NCBI RefSeq assembly: GCF_006345805.1
Contig: NW_021834489.1
Span: 25,724 to 89,723, forward strand
Direction: 5' to 3'
Source of the DNA: Octopus sinensis
Taxonomy: Eukaryota
DNA length: 64,000 nucleotides
Positions 37,529-49,067 of this stretch are shown here, one piece after another. A program made the position numbers and the translations under genes. The notes under the pieces are model-generated. The model made no database searches. It saw nothing but the letters and a program-made list of their open reading frames with translations, and was not told the origin of the DNA. The stretch's first letter is position 1. The number at the start of each line of letters is the position of its first letter.

Positions 37529-37691
37529 AGGCGCAGGAGTGGCTGTGTGGTAAGTAGCTTGCTAACCAACCACATGGTTCTGGGTTCAGTCTCACTGCGT
37601 GGCATCTTGGGCAAGTGTCTTCTGCTATAGCCTCGGGCCGACCAATGCCTTGTGAGTGGATTTAGTAGACGGAAACTGAAAGAAGCCCGTC

Positions 37692-37739
<48 letters not shown>

Positions 37740-37961
37740 TTGTGTGTCTGTGTTTGTTCCCCTAGCATTGCTTGAAAACCGATGCTGGTGTGTTTACGTC
37801 CCCGTCACTTAGCGGTTCGGCAAAAGAGACGGTAGAATAAGTACTGGGCTTACAAAGAATAAGTCCTGGGGGTCGATTTGCTCGACTAAAAGGTGTTGCT
37901 CCAGCATGGCCGCAGTCAAATGACTGAAACAAGTAAAAGAAAGTTAAAGAGTAAAAGAGTA
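37529..37961 (+). mobile_element. SINE-B, full length
   Basis: Family B sequence. Confidence 0.9.
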
Positions 37962-37979
37962 TCGACGGCAATGATCAAC

Positions 37980-38112
37980 TCGTACTTATTTCATTGACCC
38001 CGACGGATCAAAGGCAAAGTCGAGCTCGGCGGAATTTGATCTCAGGACGCAAAAACAGACGGAATGCCGCTACGTATTTGGCCCAACCTGCTGACGATTC
38101 TGCCATTTCGCT
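37980..38112 (-). mobile_element. Degenerate SINE-A fragment
   Basis: aaggcaaagtcgagctcggcggaatttgatctc. Confidence 0.65.
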
Positions 38113-38219
38113 GCTTTAACGTATCCTAATATCAGTGTTCTGTCCTTTTTCTTCTTTTTTCTTTTTACTTGTTTCAGTCATTTGACTGCTGTATGTATGT
38201 ATGTATGTATGTATGTATG

Positions 38220-38250
<31 letters not shown>

Positions 38251-38415
38251 GTATGTATGTATGTATGTATGTAAGTATGTATGTATGTATGTATATGTAT
38301 GTAAGTATGTATGTATGTAAGTATGTATGTATGTATGTATGTATGTATGTATGTATGTATGTATGTATGTATGCATGTACGTATAAATATGTATATATAC
38401 ATATATACATATTAC

Positions 38416-38495
<80 letters not shown>

Positions 38496-38561
38496 GTATA
38501 TATATATACAAATATATATAAAATATAGATACAAATACATATATATATATATATTATATAT

Positions 38562-38750
38562 AAACAATTGCAGCGGGAAGGTGTTTATAAGCCATTTAAG
38601 AAACACACAAAAGCCGTTCGATTCACTTCAACATTTAAGTTTAATTTGTCAAAATATTTTGACAAATTAAACTTGAATGTTGGAGTGAATCGAACGGCTT
38701 TTGTGTGTTTCTTAAATGGCTTATAAACACCTTCCACGCTGCAATTGTTT
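38562..38750. repeat. Near-perfect loopless palindrome, arms of about 94 bp
   Basis: Centre aaaatatttt 38651-38660; arms differ by 2 substitutions and 1 indel. Confidence 0.95.
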
Positions 38751-38804
38751 TCGTTTCAGCACACGATCTCAGATCAAATTACTTGCTATGCGAGTACATC
38801 TCCG

Positions 38805-38847
<43 letters not shown>

Positions 38848-38897
38848 CATACATATACGTATATATACATATATATACATATATATACGTACATATA

Positions 38898-38971
<74 letters not shown>

Positions 38972-39059
38972 AAATATATATATACATATACAAACACATA
39001 TATATACCACACATATATATATATATATTACATATACAGACATATATGAATGCATACAT

Positions 39060-39110
39060 GTGGAGGCGCTATGGCCGTGGTTAGGGCAGCGGACTCGCGG
39101 TCGTAGGATC
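39060..39110 (+). mobile_element. SINE-C head fragment truncated before the B-box
   Basis: gtggaggcgctatggccgtggttagggcagcggactcgcggtcgtaggatc. Confidence 0.8.
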
Positions 39111-39129
39111 TACTGATAAGTTCACGTAT

Positions 39130-39790
39130 ATGGACAACTCCCAATCATCCTCTCCTCACCCCCAAAAGATTAGGAGAATGAAAATTATATGGTATAATCC
39201 CCCTTTCAACCTCGACGTTTCCACCAACGCAGCTAGGGCCTTCCTGTCGCTAATTAAGAAACACTTCACCGAGGCCATAAATATTAGAAGCACTTCTCCC
39301 CCACCCCATAATGTCAAGGTTAGCTACTCCTGTTTAGACAACATTAACAGACGTAAAAATGCACCCACACCACCCACAACCCCAACCTGCAATTTCCAAA
39401 ACCCCACCATGTGCCCTGTAGAAGGATCTTTTCTGTCAAGGGCCGTAGTATACAGAGCCACTCTTACACCCTCCGATGGCATTACTAGGCACTATACGAG
39501 CATGACAGCTAATGACTTCAGGGAAAGATACCCTCAGCATATGTACTCGTTCAGATCCATGGACAGGGAGAACTCTACTTCCCGTTTTTTTTTTGTCTGG
39601 TGATTTCGTGATCTCCAAGACGAAATACCCAGCATCAAGTGGACTATCGTCAACAGAGTGCCACCATATTCACCCGGCTACCGCAACTACCAGCTGTGGA
39701 ACCGGGAAAAGCATATTCATCAACAAGAAATACGATTTATCGTGTTGCTGTCATCAGAGGTATGCACTTCTGGCAGATTTCAGGCCTCTG
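39130..39790 (+). pseudogene. Penelope-like element C-terminal linker and GIY-YIG endonuclease remnant (possibly Naiad-type)
   Basis: KIIWYNPPFN, NVKVSYSCLDN, CNFQNPTMCPVEG..VVYRATL, HYTSMTANDFRERYPQHMYSF, then after a stop IKWTIV and, frameshifted, INKKYDLSCCCHQR. Confidence 0.8.
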
Positions 39791-40526
39791 ACTGCCGACA
39801 ACCTGGATATACTACCTTAGCACTAGCTGCTACTCTGCACCGCCTTCACCTAGGTCATCGCTACGCTACCAACCAACCCCAGGAGCAGGGCCGCCAATTA
39901 CCAATCCTCCCCCAACGCATACCATTCCTCAACGCTTACCAATTCCCAATGCTTCTTTATGCGCGCGAATGCTCACGCACGCGCGCGCCCATGCACATGG
40001 GCACGCGCACAGTGGTGTGCAGGCGTACATACAGGCGAATATACATGTATACATATGAATGAATACGCATGTGTGTGCGTATGCGTGTATGTGTGTGCAT
40101 GTGTGAGTATGCGCGTGTACGTGTGTACGTACGCATGTGTGTGTGCGCGCCCATGTACAGATCCGCACACTCGTATCAATATACACATGCACGCAAAATC
40201 ATATACGCGAGTCTACACATCCACATTCATGCCGCCCCTCCCTACTTCCCCTAACAACCTCACCGATTACCTAATCGCCACGTGGTCTATTTCCTATCCT
40301 CCACGTGGTCTATTTCCCATCCTCCACGTGGTCAATTTCCTGTTCACCAATTAACTGTTACCCATATACGATCATCAAACCACGACACCGCGTGACTTTC
40401 CTCGATCAATCGCAGCCCACCTTACGGTAATAACAATCAACTGCTGTCATTCAAATTCAAAATGGTTGAGGACTAGCATCACGCTTGAAACTCAAGAGCA
40501 CCGACGAATTTGAATATGTATGTATG

Positions 40527-40558
<32 letters not shown>

Positions 40559-41071
40559 TGTATGGGAATTTTTTTTTTTATACTCAGCTACATGGAGAGC
40601 TACAACCAAACTCGTTGGGGTATGTTCTACCTTTGTCTCTCTACCTCTCCCCACCTCTCTCTCCCTCTCTCTATCATAAGCACAATCAAACACACAGACA
40701 CAAAACTGTCACTTCACCATTAGATGTATTTGAAATTTATCCCCCCACACACACAATCACGAACACAAATACACGCACATAGACACGAATGCAATTATAT
40801 ACATACACACACACAGGCACTCAATCTCATTAGCAAAAGCAAACAACAGCGCACCACAATACATATGACTTGCACTCTGTCACCCTCCTATTCTTAGAAC
40901 TTTCCCATTCCAACCATTTTTGACCTTTTGAACTCTTTAGAATCTTCTCCATCCAACCAATTTTGACGTCACCGCTTATAACGGAATATTTTAAAGAAAC
41001 ACTCATTATCACTATGGACTCCGTGTGGGCAGTCATCTAAAAGTTTTTGTTCGTCATGATGCTGACATAAG

Positions 41072-41170
41072 TTCCTTGTTTTTCCTGATGAGAAGGCGGC
41101 ATAATGCACCCTTTATTCCTTCGGAATTGAGAATATGCAGTCTTCGAAACATGTGTCGAGAATAAAGGAA
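41072..41170 (+). ncRNA. Type I hammerhead ribozyme motif, best-formed in the window
   Basis: Stem I ttccttgtttttc/gagaataaaggaa (5 bp, 2x2 loop, 6 bp); CUGAUGA 41085-41091; stem II gaag..gcata/tatgc..cttc with G-C closing pair; GAAAC 41146-41150; AC-AUGU-GU; GUC 41155-41157. Confidence 0.8.
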
Positions 41171-41291
41171 TTTTGTTAAATCGTCGTTCGACTCCATTCT
41201 TTCATTCATATATATATTCTTTTACTTTGTTTCAGTCATTTGACTGCTGCCATGCTGGAGCACCGCCTTGTATATATATATATATATATAT

Positions 41292-41341
<50 letters not shown>

Positions 41342-41544
41342 ATGGACTATCATGAACAGAGTGCACCGTATCTGCTATAGTGTTTGGTGAGCAGTGTCGA
41401 TTTTACAAATCTGTAAATAATAATACTGATATTTTATAAGCTTAAAGCTTATAACCGATCACCATGCTTTGACTATAAGCCCTCGACGGAAAAAAAGAAG
41501 GGTTGGCCGTCCGCGAAGGACTCGACCACCCCATCTCTCTCTCG

Positions 41545-41629
<85 letters not shown>

Positions 41630-41872
41630 GTAATATATATATATATGTATATATATATGTATATATATATGCATATATATATATATGTATATAATAAACC
41701 TTTACCTAAATAAATAACATGAAATACACGAAGGGACGAACAAAAAGACAAACGGGTCATTCAAAGCCTTCATTCTTCAGTCAGAAACTGATCCCTCATC
41801 GCAGATTTCGGCTGTTTAATTCTGAGATCCGCTCCGAATCAGCCAGCCACAGAAGAAAAGAATGCAACGCAA

Positions 41873-42000
41873 CAAAGACGAACATGAAACGAAAAATCTT
41901 TTTTGGAGACAGTAACGGTTAAAAACATGGATGACACAAAGACGAATATGAAACGAAAAATCTTTTTTGGAGACAGTAACGGTTAAAACATGGATGACAC
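41873..42000. repeat. Tandem duplication of about 64 bp
   Basis: aaagacgaa(c/t)atgaaacgaaaaatctttt...acggttaaaa(a)catggatgacac twice. Confidence 0.85.
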
Positions 42001-42224
42001 AGGCGCCCTACGGCTTTGAGACAAAAAGAGACACAAAAACAATATCAGCAAGCGTGGAAAAATAATTGCCTTTTCGGTAATAAGACACATGTTGAACTAG
42101 CGGCCGATTGAGGCAGCAAGTCGCAAGAGGGTAAGAGAGAGAAGGGGGTAAGAGAGAGAGGGGACCAAGGAGGGTGGAAGGCGAGGCGAAGGAAAGAAAA
42201 TAGTTATATATATATATATATATA

Positions 42225-42692
42225 TATGTGTCATTGTATTTATGTATGTGTATGAATGCGTCAATGTGTTTCTGTATATGTGCATATGTATGAGTATGTA
42301 TTTGTGAGTGTGTTATGCGTGTGAGTGTATATTTGGTCATGTCTTGGTTTTGTTTTGTGTATTAATATGTATGATCCAGTATGCTTATGTGTGTACGTCT
42401 TTTGACAAAATCATCCTAATATATATGTATCTGTGATATACAGTGTGCTTAATTTGAGTTGGTATTTGTGTTTTGGTTCATGCCATATTCATGTTTTGCG
42501 AGCATATATTGTCTTGCGCCATTCGGCAATTCAAAGCGTGAACGATAGAAGCTTGTGTTAGACGCCTGTGATACTTTAGGTCGCATAAAACCGACGCAAA
42601 CTGCTTTAAATAGTACACGTAACTCTTACTAAATGTGTTGAGCGTCCTTTATTTTCATTTAGTCACTCACTCGTATGTTTGTGTATGTATAT

Positions 42693-42769
<77 letters not shown>

Positions 42770-43234
42770 CATACACAAACATACGAGTGAGTGACTAAAT
42801 GAAAATAAAGGACGCTCAACACATTTAGTAAGAGTTACGTGTACTATTTAAAGCAGTTTGCGTCGGTTTTATGCGACCTAAAGTATCACAGGCGTCTAAC
42901 ACAAGCTTCTATCTTTCACGCTTTGAATTGCCGAATGGCGCAAGACATATATATGCTCGCAAAACATGAATATGGCATGAACCAAAACACAAATAACCAA
43001 CTCAAATTAAGCACACTGTATATCACAGATACATATATATTAGGATGATTTTGTCAAAAGACGTACACACATAAGCATACTGGATCATACATATTAATAC
43101 ACAAAACAAAACCAAGACATGACCAAATATACACTCACACGCATAACACACTCACAAATACATACTCATACATATGCACATATACAGAAACACATTGACG
43201 CATTCATACACATACATAAATACAATGACACATA
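42225..43234. repeat. Palindrome of about 1 kb, arms of about 465 bp, centred on a (TA)n tract
   Basis: 42225-42689 is the reverse complement of 42768-43234 with about 3 differences seen by eye. Confidence 0.93.
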
Positions 43235-43924
43235 CACACACTAATACCCACTCACATAAATGCACGCATACAGACATTTTAGGCATAGATAGATAAACCA
43301 TTACTCACCGTGAGCCGACAAGGGTGCCTCTAGGTGGTCTCTACACCTACTGGTAATGGCAGCCAAATCTATCTGAGCTGACAATCTATCGTCTCAGAAA
43401 GGAAAGAGTTGTTACACACAGCATCTGAAAAATACAAAAAGGCGGAATAGTCACATCTGGAATGTCTTTCGATCAAAGGTCTGTTTGATCAGAGCTGATC
43501 TGGGCATAAGAAATAGCAATAAATATCTCTTTGTAGTTTGTCGACTCGCTAGAAATAAGGGTAACCGAATCTCCCTTAAATGTCATTAGAGTTTTGGAAA
43601 AGAGGAAAGGCATGTAAGAAAATGTAGTTGAAGATAAAGAAGATGGGATGGTCACAACTGGGACATCTTTGATCAAGGATCGATCCCGATCGAACCCATC
43701 CTGCATTAAAAAACCCCACCCAACCACCGCCATCACGACCACAACAACCACCACCACCAACGAAGACGAAGATAAAACAACAAAAAAAAACGACGGTTAC
43801 AAAAATTGGCAAAAAAATGTGAGTTTATTTTTGGTCGCTTGACCTGCTAGAAATGGCAGTGATTTTTCCCTCAGTTTACATTTTTCTGTCTTTATAGAGA
43901 AAGGATACATGAAATGAATAATAG

Positions 43925-44390
43925 AATCTAAGTAGAGACTTCAAACTTGAAATCTTCAAAGCCACAGTCGAACCAATTCTACTATATGGCTCAGAAACCT
44001 GGACGTTATCAAAGAAGCTTGAGAGGCAGTTGGATGGAACCTACACTCGCCTCCTTATGAGAGCTCAAAATCTCTCGTGGAGGCGCCATCCAACCAAAAT
44101 GCAAATATATGGGAAACTACCACCTGTGTCATCTCTTGTGAAAGGTAGGAGAGTCCAGTTTGCTGGACATTGTTGTAGAGCTGAAAACGAGGCAATTTCT
44201 ACTCTTCTCCTCTGGAAGCCATCTACTCGCGATACCAGAGAGCGCACACTCTCCTACCCTGATGTAATCTCCAGGGATACAGGCATCCAGCAACAGGACC
44301 TCCGTAATGCCATGATGGACCGTGAAGTCTGGCGTAGCATGGTAAATTCCATTGTCTCGACCACGGTCGAACAATGATGATGATGATAAT
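43925..44390 (+). pseudogene. 5'-truncated RTE-clade LINE 3' end with an open frame and (TGA)n tail
   Basis: Stop-free frame 43925-44377: FKATVEPILLYGSETWTL...RRVQFAGHCCR...DREVWRSMV*; tail tgatgatgatgat. Confidence 0.88.
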
Positions 44391-44976
44391 ATGATTCTAG
44401 ATACACGATGTCCAAGTGGTAAATTAGATCGGACATCGATATGATGTCCGATCTCTTCTACAGCAACAAATAACGTTATCTGTAACTGCGGTTCATGTCA
44501 TGAGCTAACCTGAACATCACTTCTGTGTTAGCCTTCCGAAAATCGCAGCCTCCGAGGTTCTGCAATGGCTTTAGGAACTCCTCTCCCTACTCATACATAG
44601 TAAGGCCAATGAATAAAAAGGGGAACTACAAACTAGCAAAGGACCACCCACAAGCTGGCTTGATCTGTGAAAAATAGCAACTAAATCTTTCTTAAATCAC
44701 ACATATACGAAGAAAAGAAAGAAGGGATTCATTAAATAACGTTGTCCTAGCTACATTATGTATGAATAAAGATATAATAATCGTGTCTAGCAAACTTTTG
44801 GCCGTGGGTCGGCTGGATTAAAGATGAAGTGGTGCTTAACAACTGAAACACTAAGGCCATCTATCTAGAGTCAAGATACAGGCCTGTACGTGATCGTGTG
44901 GCTTGTTAGAAATAGTAGCCAAATTTATCTCAGATTGCACACATCTTAGTTAGAGAAGCACTGGATTATGTTGGCC

Positions 44977-45574
44977 GGCGAGCTGGCAGAAACATTAGCG
45001 CGCCGGGCGAAATGCTTAGCAGTATTTCTTCTGCCGCTACGTTCTGAGTTCAAATTCCGCCGAGGTCGACTTTGCCTTTCATCCTTTCGGGGTCGATAAA
45101 TTAGGTACGAGTTAAGCACTGAAATCGATATGATCGACTTAATCCGTTTGTCTGTCCTTGTTTGTCCTCTCTGTGTTTAGCCCCTTGTGGGTAATAAAGA
45201 AATACGTATTTCGTCTGCCGTTACGTTCTGAGTTCAAATTCCGCCGAGGTTGACTTTGCCTTTCATCCTTTCGGGGTCGAGTAAAAAAAAGTACCAGTTA
45301 CGCACTGGAGTCGATATAATCGACTTAATCCGTTTGTCTGTCCTTGTTTGTCCTCTCTGTGTTTAGCCCCTTGTGGGTAGTATAGAATAGGTATTTTGTC
45401 TGCCGCTACGTTCTGAGTTCAAATTCCGCCGAGGTCGACTTTGCCTTTCATCCTTTCGGGGTCGAGTAAAAAAAGTACCAGTTCCGCACTGGAGTCGATA
45501 TAATCGACTTAAGCCGTTTGTCTGTCCTTGTTTGTCCTCTCTGTGTTTAGCTCCTTGTGGGCAGTAAAGAAATA
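44977..45574 (+). mobile_element. SINE-A, head plus 3 units
   Basis: Family A sequence. Confidence 0.9.
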
Positions 45575-46471
45575 GGTCTAAGTTTTTCTAGAAAAGGAAA
45601 GACGATAGGGTCGGTGTACCCAATGATGTTTGATCGAGAGCTAAATAGCAAAACTCCTGTAACATCATCATTATCAACTAATTTTCACGAAGCCGTTTTT
45701 TAATTGTAACAGGAAAGCTTTGTGGAGAATTAATGATGAAAAAGAGATTTTTACTTTACTGGTCGCAATCAGACGTAGATTTGCGACTGGGCAGAGTCAA
45801 ACGAAACGGCTATTTTGCAATTTATAATTCAAGCAAGAGCAATATGTAATTCGAGTGAAAGTCAGTTAGCAATTAACATTTCTAATAACTTTTAATTACT
45901 GTTCTTGCATCCTTAGAATGGCAGACATTTGAATATGATAATTCAGTTATTTTCTGATAATCATGAAATATCAGACATCATTTGGTTATTGACTAAGATA
46001 TAATAATTTAGGCTCATTTATCTGCCGAGGACATTTTCGAAGCGTTTGAGCACGAAACAGTTGGATTCGTTGAACCAGTGGAGCATCGGACACTATGTCT
46101 TGTGGTATTTAGATGCGATCTTTTAAATCCTGACTTCAAATCCTTTTTACCCTAGGTGTAGTTTTCCTCCTTTATTTAAGGTGTTGATGTAATACTTCAA
46201 AAAGATTTAGTTGTTTTTTCAGCAGATTGAGTGATCACTTAAATATGAGTTCGTGGTTCCCTTCTATTCAATTTCCTACGATGAGTCGCTGGGGATGGTT
46301 CCTTGAATCATCGCAGAACTTCATACACTGCAGCGTTGAGAATGCTTATGTCATGCCATTATTGGGTCATCAGTTCCTGATTGAGGCACGAGGGAGCCGT
46401 CGTGACTTATGTTGTGTCCTTGAGAATTGTAGATCTGGTGGAGCCACAACTGAACAAAACCAATTTCTTCC

Positions 46472-46508
<37 letters not shown>

Positions 46509-46596
46509 CCGGCAGACACACAGAGACAGAGAAACAGTAAGAAAGGAAGACAGAGAGAGAGACAGACGGTAAAGGAGAGACAGTCAAACAGACAGT

Positions 46597-46667
<71 letters not shown>

Positions 46668-46821
46668 ATAGACTCTCATGCTAGATTAATTCTTTACTGG
46701 TCCTGAAATTATGAAAGTTAAAGATAACCTCGACAGGATCGGAACTTGGAGCGCAGAGGAGAAATGACACCACCAGACATTCTGTTTGACGCCTTAACGA
46801 TTCGGCCAACTCGCTGCCTAC

Positions 46822-48470
46822 AATATTCTTTTCTACTCTAGACACACGGTCCGAAATTTTTGGGGGAGGGGGCCAGTCCATTAGATCGACCCCAGTACGC
46901 AACTGGTACTTAATTTATCGACCCCCAAAGGATGAAAGGCAAAGTCGACCTCGGCGAAATTTGAACTCAGAACGTAAAGACAGACGAAATACCTATTTCT
47001 ATTTTTTTATTACCCACAAGGGGCTAAACATAGAGGGGACAAACAAGGACAGACATAGGTATTAAGTCGATTACATCGACCCCAGTGCGGAACTGGTACT
47101 TAATTTATCGACCCCGAAAGGATGAAAGGCAAAGTCGACCTCGGCGGAATTTGAACTCACAACGTAACGACAGACGAAATACCGCTAAGCATTTCGCCCG
47201 GCGTGCTAACGATAACCATTTCTTTACGGCCAACAAGGGGCTAAACACAGAGGGAACAAACAAGGACAGACAAACGGATTAAGTCGATTATATCGACCCC
47301 AGTGCGGAACTGGTACTTATTTAATAGTCCCCGAAAGAATCAAAGGCAAAGTCGACCAGGCAGACGAAATACCTATTTCTTTACTACCCACAAGGGGCTA
47401 AATACAGAGAGGACAAACAAGGACAGACAAACGGATTAAGTTGATCACATCATTCCCAGTGCGTAACTGGTACTTAATTTATCGACCCCGAAAGGATGAA
47501 AGGCAAAGTCGACCTCGGCGGAATTTGAACTCGGAACGTAACGGCAGACGAAATACCTATTTCTTTACTACCCACAAGGAGCTAAACACAGAGGGGACAA
47601 ACAAGGACAGACAAACGGATTAAGTTGATTATATCGACCCCAGTGCGTAACTGGTACTTAATTTTATCGACCCCGAAAGGATGAAAGGCAAAGTCGACCT
47701 CGGCGGAATTTGAATTCACAACGTAAAGACAGGCAAAATACCTATTTCTTTACTACCCACAAGGGGCTAAATACAGAGAGGACAAACAAGGACAGACAAA
47801 CGGATTAAGTTGATCACATCATTCCCAGTGCGTAACTGGTACTTAATTTATCGACCCCGAAAGGATGAAAGGCAAAGTCGACCTCGGCGGAATTTGAACT
47901 CGGAACGTAACGGCAGACGAAATACCTATTTCTTTACTACCCACAAGGAGCTAAACACAGAGGGGACAAACAAGGACAGACAAACGGATTAAGTTGATTA
48001 TATCGACCCCAGTGCGTAACTGGTACTTAATTTTATCGACCCCGAGGGGATGAAAGGCAAAGTCGACCTCGGCGGAATTTGAATTCACAACGTAAAGACA
48101 GGCAAAATACCTATTTCTTTACTACCCACAAGGGGCTAAATACAGAGAGGACAAACAAGGACAGACAAACGGATTAAGTTGATCACATCATTCCCAGTGC
48201 GTAACTGGTACTTAATTTATCGACCCCGAAAGGATGAAAGGCAAAGTCGACCTCGGCGGAATTTGAACTCGGAACGTAACGGCAGACGAAATACCTATTT
48301 CTTTACTACCCACAAGGAGCTAAACACAGAGGGGACAAACAAGGACAGACATAGGTATTAAGTCGATTACATCGACCCCAGTGCGTAACTGGTACTTAAT
48401 TTTATCGAACCCGAAAGAATGAAAGGCAAAGTCGACCCGGCAGACGAAATACCGTTAAGCGTTTCGCCCG
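46822..48470 (-). repeat. Long SINE-A tandem array (about 9 units) with a 369-bp higher-order period
   Basis: Identical segments start at 47441, 47810 and 48179; tail 2 at the left end; truncated heads near 47180-47213 and 48450-48470. Confidence 0.92.
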
Positions 48471-48591
48471 ATATACCGCGAAGCATTTCGTCTTCGCGGC
48501 CTATAATATTGATGTCACTGATATTTGATGAAGTCAAGATCGTTAAATGAATTAATTAAAAAGTAAATTAAGTCAGATACTAGGATGCATA

Positions 48592-48811
48592 TACAAGTGT
48601 GTGCTGAAAAGTTTCTGGCTTTGATTAAAAGAAAAGAGAGGAGGATCAGTTAATTATGATTTCATTCATAAAATTCCCCTCTCAGATTCACATACTTATT
48701 TCACGGTACTTCAGTTTTTTTAAGCCCTGTAAAAGAATTCGGAATGTTGGGCCTCCAACCAGGCTTTTTGCGACAACCTTAAAGCCAGGATCTTTTCACT
48801 AGTCTCTCATA
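48592..48811 (+). mobile_element. Short degenerate mariner-type MITE
   Basis: tacaagtgtgtgctgaaaagtttctggcttt ... aaagccaggatcttttcactagtctctcata as imperfect TIRs; partial second copy near 49229. Confidence 0.55.
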
Positions 48812-48871
48812 TGCACCAGAATAAATAATCACTCTTCGTAGTCATGTTAGGGTACGTAAATTACATATATA

Positions 48872-49067
48872 TATACACAAATATAAGATGATGTCCACTA
48901 TGTGGTCGAGTCTTGCGCTAAAAATAGATCCGCTATGGTCTCAACCACCAAGAATTGTTTCCAAGGAGAATTAGCACAACTATGAGCTGTGCTAATTCTC
49001 ATTGGAAACAATTCTTTTTAGCTTAAGAGTCGACCACATAGTGGACACTCTCTTATATTTGTGTATA
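48872..49067. repeat. Fold-back of about 195 bp with an asymmetric bulge
   Basis: Outer arms tatacacaaatataaga...gtggtcgagtctt and inner arms aagaattgtttcca..gagaattagcaca; about 25 unpaired nt on the left arm. Confidence 0.85.

Noticed and set aside
39601-39603. In-frame TGA in the PLE endonuclease as selenocysteine
   Set aside because: Not at a Cys-equivalent position, appears to lie in a small insertion, and the copy is otherwise frameshifted
47085-48361. Repeated MRNWYLIYRPRKDERQSRPRRNLNS ORFs suggesting a gene family
   Set aside because: Antisense reading of the SINE-A body
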